DNA of 64,000 nucleotides, taken from contig JBJOPW010000005.1 in the NCBI GenBank assembly GCA_046050355.1, positions 2,503 through 66,502 of the forward strand, read 5' to 3'. This document shows positions 29,648 to 39,296 of this stretch, piece by piece. Position 1 is the first letter of the stretch. Every line of letters begins with the position of its first letter. Both the position numbers and the translations under genes were made by a program. The notes below the pieces were generated by a model, which saw only the letters and a program-made list of their open reading frames with translations, ran no database searches and had not been told where the DNA came from. This DNA is from Candidatus Parcubacteria bacterium (GTDB lineage: Bacteria > Patescibacteriota > Minisyncoccia > Phycocordibacterales > UBA918).

Positions 29648-30775
29648 TTATGCCTTAGTACTAACGACCGCTTCTAAAAGTTGTTTGATGGATGGAATGG
29701 CGTCCGCGGCCCCGAACTGCGCCGCTTTGGCTTTGCCGGCCGTGACGAGTTGTTCCCGTAGTGTACGGTCGGTCAGTATGCGAGTGATGGTCTGATCGAG
29801 TGCCAAGGTATCATCAACCGGCACGAGGAGTCCTTCGACGCCATCCGTGATCAGTTCGGGGTTGCCGCCGACCGGTGTCGTGACGACCGGAGCCCCGAGC
29901 GCCAGCGCTTCAATGAGGTGGTGCGAGAGTCCTTCGTACGCTGTATTAAGCACAAAGACATCGGCGGCAGTAACATAGCGAAAGACATCATGAAATGACA
30001 ATGCCCCCACCATCGTCACCGACGACTCGAGTCCGAGGGTTTTAATTTTTGCTTCAAGCGGTACTCGCTCCGGCCCATCACCACCAATCACGAGTCTGGT
30101 CGCTTCGCCTCGTGCTTTGCGCAGAAGCATCACGTCAAGGAGCGCACTCATACCTTTCCATGGTGTTAGGCGACTAATACTGACGATGGTTTGATCGGCA
30201 AAACCTAATTGAGCTCGCAGGTCATTGCGACTGTCTGTCAGCGGCGCTACCGTGTGTGCACTATAGATGACATGGAGTCGCTCTCCGGACACTCCCCAGG
30301 TTGCGACAATTTCTTTGAGGTACTGACTTGGAACCACAACTGCAGCGGCTCGCTTCACAACCGTTTGTTGGATACCAGCGAGCAAGCGCACCGGTAGTCG
30401 CTCTGCACGCGGATCTTTGGTGTACGCATCAAGAGTCTTTTCTACACCAAAGCGTTGTACCCCCTGCTCCCAAGCGTAGTCACCACCGAGGCGGACCACC
30501 AGTGGTAGCCCGCGGAGAAATGACACTATCGCAGCTGGTACACCGACACTGACGGGATCAAGGGCATAGACCAAAGATACTCCCCGACTAGCTCGCCAGA
30601 GCCGCCAGGTATAAGCGAGGTGCCGAAAGACTTTTGGGACAGTCCTGACCTCTCGGTACGGCACCACCGTGACCGCCATTCCTTCCGCTGGTAGTCTTGT
30701 GGCGATCATCTCCGCATAGCGAGCCGGCCCACCAATATCAGGAGGATATAAGCCCGCAGCCAAAAGTACCTTCAT
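29648..30775 (-). CDS. Family 4 glycosyltransferase
   Basis: 375 aa. GT4 motifs (VFVLNTAYEGLSHHLIEALALGAPVVTTPVGG). Confidence 0.85.
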   Translation of the reverse strand: MKVLLAAGLYPPDIGGPARYAEMIATRLPAEGMAVTVVPYREVRTVPKVFRHLAYTWRLWRASRGVSLVYALDPVSVGVPAAIVSFLRGLPLVVRLGGDYAWEQGVQRFGVEKTLDAYTKDPRAERLPVRLLAGIQQTVVKRAAAVVVPSQYLKEIVATWGVSGERLHVIYSAHTVAPLTDSRNDLRAQLGFADQTIVSISRLTPWKGMSALLDVMLLRKARGEATRLVIGGDGPERVPLEAKIKTLGLESSVTMVGALSFHDVFRYVTAADVFVLNTAYEGLSHHLIEALALGAPVVTTPVGGNPELITDGVEGLLVPVDDTLALDQTITRILTDRTLREQLVTAGKAKAAQFGAADAIPSIKQLLEAVVSTKA

Positions 30776-30790
30776 AATAATCTGAGTATA

Positions 30791-32032
30791 CTAGTCAGCC
30801 CACAGAGGCGCAAACACCTCATCATGCATGCGTTTCGTGATTAGATTCCAGTCATAATCACGCACTGCCATCGCTTTGGCGGTCGCGACGACGTTAGCGA
30901 CGAACTCCGGGTTCGCCATAATCTCGCGCACAACAGTAGCAATATCCTCAGGACTATCTTTACGCACCACAAAGCCAGTTGTTTCTTTATCTGGATTGAG
31001 ATGGCGATCAAACAGAAAATCGGCAATCCCACCCTCCCTCGTCGCGATAACCGGTAGCTCAGCGGCCATGGCCTCCACAAATGAGTTCCCCATCCCCTCA
31101 CTCCGTGACGGACGGATAAAGATATCGCAGGCTTTGAGGTAACTTGGCATCACGTCATGCCCAATCTGGCCGCGGAGCAAGACCCGGTCGCTAAGCTTCA
31201 ATTCGGCAATAAGCGCTTTGAGTTTCTCCTCGTCTGGCCCAAGCCCGAACACCACAAACTTCACGTTTTTCGGCAGGCTCGGTAGTGCCTTAATGACATC
31301 ATCCACGGCGTTTTTGTGCACGAGTCGTGAGGTAGTCACCAGCGCCACGTCACCCGTAACAAGACCAAGTTCCGCACGTATCACCGACCGCTTCTCCGGT
31401 GAGAGTGGTACCATAAACTTCTTCGTATCGACGGCATTTGGGATCACCACTGACTTACCTGTAAAACCCATCCTGGTCGCCCAGGCCTGGAGAAATGTGG
31501 AAATTGATTGAATGACATCAGCTCGGGAGAAAGCTTCCGGGAAGCGCTTACCAAACACCCGCATTTTTTGTTCAATGTACTCTGGCGGATCGCCTTCTTG
31601 GAGCGTCAGTACATACGGTACATGAGGGAACCGTTTTTTGAACATACCGGCCGGCACGCCACAGCTATGGGCCATCATCGCCCAAATGGCATCAAAGTGA
31701 TACTGCTTATGAAGCCGCTGCGCGGCGTAGTAAGCCGAGTACTGGTAGATAATTTTATTGAGATGGAGCGGGAACTTCCGCAAATCACCCATAGTAGGAT
31801 TCTTCTTCACGAGCCCAATACGGTGCACCACCACCTTCCCAATCATCTCCGTTTTTGGCAAGGTACTATCGTAGCGGTTACAAAGCACATGAAACTCATA
31901 CTCCTCATCCGGCAGTCTATCGGTGATTTCTTTGATGGCGACCTCCGCTCCGCCAATATGTTTGGGATAATACCCCAGACTAAAGATGAGTATGCGCTTC
32001 ATGTTGATCAACAATAGTTTTAATATAATCAC
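30791..32032 (-). CDS. Family 4 glycosyltransferase (likely start at internal Met near 32002)
   Basis: 413 aa. KRILIFSLGYYPKHIGGAEV, and the C-terminal IRPSRSEGMGNSFVEAMAAELPVIATREGG. Confidence 0.85.
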   Translation of the reverse strand: MIILKLLLINMKRILIFSLGYYPKHIGGAEVAIKEITDRLPDEEYEFHVLCNRYDSTLPKTEMIGKVVVHRIGLVKKNPTMGDLRKFPLHLNKIIYQYSAYYAAQRLHKQYHFDAIWAMMAHSCGVPAGMFKKRFPHVPYVLTLQEGDPPEYIEQKMRVFGKRFPEAFSRADVIQSISTFLQAWATRMGFTGKSVVIPNAVDTKKFMVPLSPEKRSVIRAELGLVTGDVALVTTSRLVHKNAVDDVIKALPSLPKNVKFVVFGLGPDEEKLKALIAELKLSDRVLLRGQIGHDVMPSYLKACDIFIRPSRSEGMGNSFVEAMAAELPVIATREGGIADFLFDRHLNPDKETTGFVVRKDSPEDIATVVREIMANPEFVANVVATAKAMAVRDYDWNLITKRMHDEVFAPLWAD

Positions 32033-32858
32033 TGAGCAGATGGGTAGCCTGCCATCCCAACTCTAAACGACTGCGTCGAGTATCAGCTTCTGAATACATG
32101 CGATTGCCCGGTCTTTCTTCTAGCCATTCTATCGGTGCACCAAACAGCTGTGCCACCGCTTCAATCGAGTAGGATAGTTCGTGACCGAGACCATACTCGT
32201 CACCCTCGCCGTGCTCGCCCACTCGTACCAACCCTTCAATGATATCAAAAACATGGGTAAAGTTGCGTTTTTGGGTACCTGGTCGCCTGACTGGCAGTGA
32301 CAAGCCGTGAATATACCGGTCTTTAAAAATACCAATGACGGTACCTGAATTCGCATCCGAGCGCTCTCGAGGACCATACACATTATAGAAATAAGTGATG
32401 GCGTAGGAAATACCAAACCACTCACCATACCGTCGGACCAAATCAGTGTTTGAGGCTTTCGTCCACGCATACGGACTCTGGTCACGACCCATACCACCAT
32501 CAGCAAATTTCGTTGATGAACCAGCGTAAATAAGTTTTGGGTTTTTTTGACGCACGAACTCAAGGACCGCTGCGGTTCCTTGTTGATTAAAATCAAGTAC
32601 GGTAGCCACGTCAGCAAAACTCTGTTCTACCCGGGCATATTCACCGAGATGGAAGACCATATCGGGTGCCTCTGGTATATGTTTCGCAATATCTTTTGTG
32701 TGACCTGTTCGGTATGTCACACCAGCCACATGATTACTCACTGAACCGGTAAAATAGTTATCGAGAGAAATTACCTGGTGACCTTCCTGTACCAAACGTT
32801 CACACAGATGTGAACCAACAAAGCCTGCCCCGCCAGTAACCACAATGAGCTTTGACAT
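31980..32858 (-). CDS. NAD-dependent epimerase/dehydratase (UDP-sugar 4-epimerase/decarboxylase-like SDR)
   Basis: 292 aa. Rossmann motif VVTGGAGFVGSHLCERL. Catalytic YxxxK within YAWTKASNTDLVRRY. Confidence 0.85.
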   Translation of the reverse strand: MSKLIVVTGGAGFVGSHLCERLVQEGHQVISLDNYFTGSVSNHVAGVTYRTGHTKDIAKHIPEAPDMVFHLGEYARVEQSFADVATVLDFNQQGTAAVLEFVRQKNPKLIYAGSSTKFADGGMGRDQSPYAWTKASNTDLVRRYGEWFGISYAITYFYNVYGPRERSDANSGTVIGIFKDRYIHGLSLPVRRPGTQKRNFTHVFDIIEGLVRVGEHGEGDEYGLGHELSYSIEAVAQLFGAPIEWLEERPGNRMYSEADTRRSRLELGWQATHLLSDYIKTIVDQHEAHTHL

Positions 32859-32974
32859 ATGCGCTATAGTACCAGAAATTGAACAGAATAGTTACAGCGA
32901 AACAGGTAGAATTCCTAAATGAATTCCGCCCGTTTTATTAACTGTAAGAGTAAAACTAAAAAGAAAGTGAGTCG

Positions 32975-33145
32975 GCGTGGACAAAGCCATTATAAATAGG
33001 CTTTGCTCGCGAAAATTCGCCATAGTCGGCCTGCGGAAAAGTGATTCAAGAAACAGAATGGTCGTGCGCGGATGAGGGCATTAAGGATAGCCCTCACTCG
33101 CGAAAATTCGCCATAGTCGGCCTGCGGCCTCGTTGGCTCATTTTA
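32975..33145. repeat. Copies B (32975-33036) and C (33063-33145) of the approximately 80-nt structured repeat, in tandem
   Basis: They share the conserved core GCTCRCGRAAATTCGCMATAGTCGGC with copy A at 5111-5190. The hairpin stems differ but remain fully paired (CAAAGCC/GGCTTTG and TGAGGGC/GCCCTCA). Confidence 0.6.
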
Positions 33146-33394
33146 CCCTTCGCAAGCGACGCAGACGTTCCCACCGATGTGTACCCGTGGTGCCGCTGGT
33201 GCGTTACTCACGACAGTTGGTAAATCGAAGTCAAAATTTTGTTCGTTGTTTCCCATATGAGTCTATTGTAACGCGTCAAAAATCCGCACAAACTCACTAT
33301 CGCGCAAACCTGTGTATAGCTGAGTGTCACACATTGATTTCACCCACAAAAGAACCTAGGTTGCGCTCTTTGGCAAGGGTGAAGCAACTCACCC

Positions 33395-35230
33395 TCAAAA
33401 AGGCGACTTTACTTTTGCGTCATTGTTTAAGATTTTTTTGAGTACTTTAATATCTGGATCAGCGAGGTCAGTACCGTACGCACCGTCAGATGTCTTTGGA
33501 ACTGTTGGTGTCGGCGCACTTACAGCCGAAACCTCTGTTGGTATGGTTGTTTTAGTATCAAGAACACTACCGAGGGCTGACCGCAAGGCCGTGCGATGAT
33601 CACCGGTTGAAACTGGGGTTGATTCATGCTTTGTAGCCTGAGACGGTTCTTCGCTCTTTTTTGTGTCTTCCACTTTGGCGGTGGCGGCAATTCGAGCCAG
33701 TACCGCTTTGAGTCCATCGGTAGTTGGAGCTGGTGGAATCGCTGGGGGTTTTGGTTTGGGCGTGGTGTTTGGTTGTGTTGAACGGTTAACTGCCTTTGTC
33801 TTGGTAGCAGATTTATGCTCGGTTCGGGTCGGGGGAGCTATTTCATTACTCTTTGGTACTGCTGGTGTCACTACTACCACTGGTTTATTATCTGCTTTTT
33901 GTCCTTCGGCCTTCGGTGGCTTGGGTGGTGGCTCAACCGGCGCATGGAGATCAACCACCAATTGCTCAATCTGAGCACGTGGTTTGGTATAGTTCGCCCG
34001 ACTCGCGGCGAGCACCATGTCTCGGCAAGACACACGCGGTGGCGCAATTGGTGGTAATGTAATCGCCGAAAACGGTTGCGAGCCGATACCGTCAATCATT
34101 AGTGTAAGATAAATTTGAGCAAAGCCAAGATTAACAAGATCAGCCGCTAAAAAACGTGGCGTGAAGATGGTCTCAAGCACTTCAGCATCAAACGGGCCCA
34201 CGCGAAAGGCTACCGTTGTCCCTACGTTACCAAACACCGCGTTACGTACATCCTCTTCCATTTGTTCGATATACTGGTGCGCAATAATGAGGTTGAGGTG
34301 ATATTTGCGTGCTTCAGAGAGGATATTCGCAAAGGTGGCATTGGCAAAACTCTGAAACTCATCAACATAAAAGTAGAAGTTCGGCATCTGCTTCATTTGT
34401 TCTACTGGCAAATCGGCACGACTCATCGCCGCCAAGTAGATACGGGTTGTCAACATAGAACCAAGGAGATTTGCATTACTCTCTCCCACCAACCCTTTCG
34501 AGAGGTTCATGATGAGAATTTTTTTCTCATCCATAATTTTTCGAATATCAAAACTGGAATGCGGCTGCCCGATAATATTACGAATGAGAGGATTCCCCGT
34601 GAACTGTCCAATCTTGTTTTGAATAGCGGGCAAAGCTTCCGCTGCAAAACGGTCAGTATAGGCAGCAAACTCTTCAGTCCAGAAGGCTTTAACAGCAGGA
34701 TCTTTCACATAATCAACCACGCGATTACGGAAGTGTTTGTCTGAGAACAAGCGATTGACCGACAGCAGTGTCGTGTCAGGGTACTCAATGAGAGCGAGAA
34801 GAGCATTCGTGAGAATATACTCCATACGAGCACTCCACGCATCAACCCAAATCTTCTTGAAGGTAGACATGAGTCCTGAGACGACCAAGTGCCGTTTGTC
34901 CGGCCCGACATCTTCCATGACGTTAAATGAGACAGGATGATCAAGGTCAAATGGCGCGAAGTAAACCACATCATTGACACGATGCTCGGGTACGTATTGA
35001 AGCAGTGTCTCAGCGGCCGATCCATGTGGGTCAATAAAAGCCATACCTTCACCGTTTTGGATGTCTTGCACCGCCATATTCTCTAAGAGCGTCGACTTCC
35101 CCATACCAGTCTTACCAATGACATACATGTGTCGTTGTCGGTCTTTGGCCTTGATACCAAACGGTATTTCTCGACCACGAGCATCGGTCTTGGCAAAGAA
35201 AGTAATTTTTTCTGGGTCGAACTGCGTCAT
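33395..35230 (-). CDS. Soluble TraG/VirD4/TrwB-like P-loop ATPase with long Pro/Thr/Lys-rich disordered C-terminal tail
   Basis: 611 aa. Walker A YVIGKTGMGKSTLLEN and Walker B FYVDEF. The coupling-protein-like block LNLIIAHQYIEQ...VFGNVGTTVAFRVGPFDAEVL is present. There is no N-terminal TM. Confidence 0.55.
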   Translation of the reverse strand: MTQFDPEKITFFAKTDARGREIPFGIKAKDRQRHMYVIGKTGMGKSTLLENMAVQDIQNGEGMAFIDPHGSAAETLLQYVPEHRVNDVVYFAPFDLDHPVSFNVMEDVGPDKRHLVVSGLMSTFKKIWVDAWSARMEYILTNALLALIEYPDTTLLSVNRLFSDKHFRNRVVDYVKDPAVKAFWTEEFAAYTDRFAAEALPAIQNKIGQFTGNPLIRNIIGQPHSSFDIRKIMDEKKILIMNLSKGLVGESNANLLGSMLTTRIYLAAMSRADLPVEQMKQMPNFYFYVDEFQSFANATFANILSEARKYHLNLIIAHQYIEQMEEDVRNAVFGNVGTTVAFRVGPFDAEVLETIFTPRFLAADLVNLGFAQIYLTLMIDGIGSQPFSAITLPPIAPPRVSCRDMVLAASRANYTKPRAQIEQLVVDLHAPVEPPPKPPKAEGQKADNKPVVVVTPAVPKSNEIAPPTRTEHKSATKTKAVNRSTQPNTTPKPKPPAIPPAPTTDGLKAVLARIAATAKVEDTKKSEEPSQATKHESTPVSTGDHRTALRSALGSVLDTKTTIPTEVSAVSAPTPTVPKTSDGAYGTDLADPDIKVLKKILNNDAKVKSPF

Positions 35231-35311
35231 AATGCCATCATTATACTATATTAGCTGCTTCATTTCTGGTCCGCACCAACGCTCGTAACACGAATCGCCA
35301 CTAGGCACCAA

Positions 35312-36862
35312 TTACTCGGCGTCTGATTCTTCTCCAAAGCGCTCCTTGGCATACTGCAAGAGTGCCGTCACATCCGCATCACGACTTTTTGATCCGAGAA
35401 TAATAATAGCGACAACTCGTTCTTCTCCTTTAACGCTGAGCTGATGAAGCGTGACTGATGTCTGACCAGCGGCGGTAGTTTCACCAATCTTACCTCCCAT
35501 GAAGTTATCGAGACCGTCAACGGTATTAAAGTTGGAAAGCCCACTAAATTCACCCGTTATGTAGATATCCGGCAGCTTGGCGCCAGTACTCATATCAATT
35601 ATAAAGTGCCGTTTTTTGTATATGTATTGTATCAGGCGCAGAAGATCGCCAACCGAAGAAACATTGCCGTTATCGAGCCCGGAAGGATCCGTAAAATGAG
35701 TTTGTGTCATCCCGAGCGATTTGGCCCGGTCATTCATATAGTGAATAAATTGTGTTCTGCCCACTTCCGCCGCAATCACCTCCGCTGCTTCATTTGAGGA
35801 CTCAAGCAATAATAACTCCAGGAGTGAATAAAATGATACTGAGCTGCGCTCACCAAGACGTGGGATGAGTGACTGTACAAACGTCGGTTCACTAATAGCA
35901 ACACGGGTATCAAGGTTGATATACTCAGCCGCCACCACCGCTGTCATCAGTTTTGTTAACGACGCGATCGGTACTGCGTCATCAAGATCACGCGCAGCCA
36001 AGACAGTACTCGATTCAACATCCGCGATCAGATAGTGCGGTGTTGCTAGTTCAGGTACTTTTGGCTCATACAGGAAGCTGTCTCGATCCACTGCCCGCTC
36101 ATAGACCAAAACCGGTGTATTGCGTGTGACGGTGGTATACAATGTCTCGGCATCAGCAGTACTCAGTTCTATGCCACCTTGGGCTGTACTGGTGGGAACA
36201 TCACCCGTTTCATAATACGGAGTACCATGGATATAAAAGTTGCCTTGGAAAGCCATGCTAAATGGCAAGTATACTTGTCCAAATGAAGCAAAGTGGGATC
36301 GTTGTTTTTGTTCAATTTCATAGAGACCAGCCGGAGTCTCCCAGAAAGTACCTTCTTCGCCTTTTTTTACAATCGGGAACTCAAAACGAAGTACTCCTGC
36401 TTCAAAATACCGCAGGCGCATTGCTGCCAAATCAGCTTCGATAAATGTTCGTTCATCTTCAATAAACGCATCCCTGGCCGCCGCAAAAAAATCCGGCTCA
36501 GAGAATGCCACCTCAATACCATAAGAAAGTGGTGTTGTTGCTTTAGTGTACGGATGCTCAATCACCACGGGCGCAGTTCCTATCTTGATACTAGAAAAAG
36601 CGTTGGCAAGGAGTGTCTGCCCACGATCCACCGCCAAAGGAGCAACGAAGACCGCCCCATAGACACAGAGAACCAGTGTGGCGATAAGCACAAACGTTCG
36701 TGAAGCAATCAGCAGCCGAGTCGGTCGAGGTGGCAATCCCACCGTTGACGGATGAAACGTGAGGGTTTTACGCGGAATAAGCGTGCCCTTCGTAACGGTC
36801 GGCTCATCATCAGCAAATGAAATCGCATAAAAACGGCGAGGTGTTTCCTCTTCGTTGTACAT
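35312..36862 (-). CDS. Fusion of an L,D-transpeptidase-like domain and a D-alanyl-D-alanine carboxypeptidase (S11)
   Basis: 516 aa. N-terminal TM. A YkuD-like segment FYIHGTPYYE...AQGGIEL has Gly where the catalytic Cys is expected. The C-terminal domain has S11 motifs ASLTKLMTA (SxxK), SSN and KIGET. Confidence 0.65.
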   Translation of the reverse strand: MYNEEETPRRFYAISFADDEPTVTKGTLIPRKTLTFHPSTVGLPPRPTRLLIASRTFVLIATLVLCVYGAVFVAPLAVDRGQTLLANAFSSIKIGTAPVVIEHPYTKATTPLSYGIEVAFSEPDFFAAARDAFIEDERTFIEADLAAMRLRYFEAGVLRFEFPIVKKGEEGTFWETPAGLYEIEQKQRSHFASFGQVYLPFSMAFQGNFYIHGTPYYETGDVPTSTAQGGIELSTADAETLYTTVTRNTPVLVYERAVDRDSFLYEPKVPELATPHYLIADVESSTVLAARDLDDAVPIASLTKLMTAVVAAEYINLDTRVAISEPTFVQSLIPRLGERSSVSFYSLLELLLLESSNEAAEVIAAEVGRTQFIHYMNDRAKSLGMTQTHFTDPSGLDNGNVSSVGDLLRLIQYIYKKRHFIIDMSTGAKLPDIYITGEFSGLSNFNTVDGLDNFMGGKIGETTAAGQTSVTLHQLSVKGEERVVAIIILGSKSRDADVTALLQYAKERFGEESDAE

Positions 36863-36910
36863 ACCATTATTGTACCGTATCGAACTACACTATGGCGGGT
36901 TTTCTATCCC

Positions 36911-38215
36911 CTATTCTGGCTGCAGGGCGGCTTCGGTATACCGATTACTTGGTGCCCAGATCATCCACGAGTCGACCCCAGCATCATAGCTGGCTTGGAT
37001 TTGGGCTCGAACGTCAGCCGCATCGTAGTCTCCCCCATAATCAAAGTCTTGAATCCAGGTACGAAGCCGATTGCCATCGTAGGCTGGCTTTTGGTACAGC
37101 GCTGGAGTACTCGTGCCGAGGCGAGTATGAAGAAATCCAGCCATCGGTGTGGTAGACGCCCGCATGCGATCGGCACCACTTTTCATGGCGTGATAGACCA
37201 CTTTGTAGGGATAGTCATTTGGATTACCGAGTCCTAAAAAACTCTTTGGGTAGTGGGATGGATACACCATTGGTGCAATGGCGTCAAAGTATGGTGCCGC
37301 CCGCTCTTGCACTTGACCAATGGAAAGATCGTCGTAGTTAGTTGTTGTCATGCCAAAGAGATCGGCTGAGGTATACGGTGTACTCGTCGCTCGTCCGGTA
37401 TGTTCATGACGTACCGCCACAAACTTTTCCGGTTTATCAAGTTCAGCATTAAGGTAGCGGAAGAAGGCTTCGAGATTTGCTTGTTTATCGTGTGGCCAGT
37501 CACTAACCGCTGTATGTTCAAAATATGTATCGACCATGTTGCCATCGGACGGATACCGCACGTAGTCATAATTAAGTTCATCAAAGCCCAGGTTGTACGC
37601 ATCAACCGACAGGTCAACGACCATATCCCAATATTCTTTAGCTGCGACATCAATAAAGGCCAACCCTTTATGGTCATGCCACACACTCGTCCTATCAGCC
37701 CGCTTCACCGCCAAATGTGGTGATTGTTCAGCCCGAAACGGATCTTGAAAGACCGTCACGCGCCCAATGACGTATATGTTCGCATCATGGAGCGTCGTAA
37801 TAAACTCCTTCATATCACGAGCCCCACAACGCGAGGCCTCCCACGCCGGTTTCCAAACCGGTGCCGTCGGTGGAAACGATAACGTACCTGAATAATCCTT
37901 GATATCAATAACAATCGCATTAACTTCAGTTCGCTTTGCGAGCGCCAAGAGTTCGTTACGAAACGAGGGGGTTCCCGCTACACACGAACTCATATAAATT
38001 GCCTTGAGCGACTCGGGGAGTGGTACGTGTTTCACTACGGGTCGGGTATCGGCAATGGTCGTACCTCTAACATCTGCTTTGGCGGTACTTGAGGCCACCA
38101 GTGTACTTGAGGCTGCCGACTGATACGAAACGGCAAATAGGTTTGGTAACAGTAACATCCATCCAGCCGTCACGAGTAGGAAGGCAGATGCTATGGCCGT
38201 ATACCAGTAGTGCAT
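36911..38215 (-). CDS. Putative glycoside hydrolase-like TIM-barrel protein (GHL/DUF4015-like), secreted or membrane-anchored
   Basis: 434 aa with an N-terminal TM/signal. The sequence has no recognisable catalytic motifs, so the family assignment is tentative. Confidence 0.45.
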   Translation of the reverse strand: MHYWYTAIASAFLLVTAGWMLLLPNLFAVSYQSAASSTLVASSTAKADVRGTTIADTRPVVKHVPLPESLKAIYMSSCVAGTPSFRNELLALAKRTEVNAIVIDIKDYSGTLSFPPTAPVWKPAWEASRCGARDMKEFITTLHDANIYVIGRVTVFQDPFRAEQSPHLAVKRADRTSVWHDHKGLAFIDVAAKEYWDMVVDLSVDAYNLGFDELNYDYVRYPSDGNMVDTYFEHTAVSDWPHDKQANLEAFFRYLNAELDKPEKFVAVRHEHTGRATSTPYTSADLFGMTTTNYDDLSIGQVQERAAPYFDAIAPMVYPSHYPKSFLGLGNPNDYPYKVVYHAMKSGADRMRASTTPMAGFLHTRLGTSTPALYQKPAYDGNRLRTWIQDFDYGGDYDAADVRAQIQASYDAGVDSWMIWAPSNRYTEAALQPE

Positions 38216-38227
38216 TATGTATATAGT

Positions 38228-38464
38228 TTACCGCGTTGTATCAAAAAGTGGTTCAGTGGTCTCCACAAAGGTCTCAGCAGTGCGCACCACGCCATCGTGC
38301 TCGAGAGTAGCAAGGTACTGCGATCGGCGGATACTATACCCAATCCCGACAAATATCACACCCATCACCGCAAAAAGAATTTGTTTCCATACCATCGGTA
38401 TCCCGAGTGATGGCAAAACAATCGTTACTAACCCTAACAGAAATACCAGTGTGCCTTTAGTCAT
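38228..38464 (-). CDS. Small two-TM membrane protein (78 aa)
   Basis: ORF track. There are two clear hydrophobic helices, and the gene is co-directional and tightly spaced with the upstream gene. Confidence 0.4.
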   Translation of the reverse strand: MTKGTLVFLLGLVTIVLPSLGIPMVWKQILFAVMGVIFVGIGYSIRRSQYLATLEHDGVVRTAETFVETTEPLFDTTR

Positions 38465-38526
38465 TACAGAAGAGTATACCGTAGAGTCAGCTACGATACA
38501 AAAATAACCCTAAACTGTGGAAAACT

Positions 38527-39213
38527 TTAGTTGGCTGACTGAGTCAAGATAAGTACAAACTCCCCTTTTTGCTTGACTGGGGTATTGGTGAGTGTGGCCA
38601 AAATCTCACCCGGTGTCCCAACGAGCATTTCTTCATGGAACTTTGTCAGTTCTCGCCCAAGGTGGAGCGTGGCGTGCGGGTACGCGGTCGTGAGGGTTTC
38701 AAGTGTCTTGACGATACGATGTGTCGCTTCGAGAAACACGACCGGATGATCGTAGAGTTCGAGGTCGGCAAAAAATGTATCGCGTCCTTTTTTACTCGGC
38801 ACAAAACCCAAAAAACTAAATTGATTACCATTGATACCCGCAATCGAGATAGCAGCCGTAATCGCCGACGCTCCCGGTATCGCATCAATGCGGCAGCCAG
38901 CGGCCCTGGTCAGCCGCACGAGGATCACCCCCGGGTCTGAGACGCCCGGGGTGCCAGCGTCTGAAACAAGGGCAATTGACTGTCCAGCTATCAGGTCAGC
39001 CACAATTGCCTCGTGGGCGGCGACACTCGCATGCGCATCGTAGCGCTTGAGTTTGGCCTTGACGCCATGATGCTTCAGGAGATTCCCCGTCGTCCGGGTA
39101 TCCTCACAAAGGATATAGTCCGCCTCACGAAAGATCCGCAGAGCGCGCAGGGTAATATCCTCCATATTCCCAATGGGGGTAGCGACCACTGATAATGTAC
39201 CAGTTTTTTGCAT
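38527..39213 (-). CDS. rsmI: 16S rRNA (cytidine1402-2'-O)-methyltransferase
   Basis: RsmI N-terminus LSVVATPIGNMEDITLRALRIFREADYILCEDTR. The start is assigned to the internal Met (MQKTG) rather than the ORF-track start at 39294. Confidence 0.85.
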   Translation of the reverse strand: MQKTGTLSVVATPIGNMEDITLRALRIFREADYILCEDTRTTGNLLKHHGVKAKLKRYDAHASVAAHEAIVADLIAGQSIALVSDAGTPGVSDPGVILVRLTRAAGCRIDAIPGASAITAAISIAGINGNQFSFLGFVPSKKGRDTFFADLELYDHPVVFLEATHRIVKTLETLTTAYPHATLHLGRELTKFHEEMLVGTPGEILATLTNTPVKQKGEFVLILTQSAN

Positions 39214-39296
39214 AGGTAGTTGCCATACCGTACCACGATTCACAAAAAAGGAAAGTGGCAACAACAAGGGGCAGGCATTCTCAGCCTGCCCCACTT

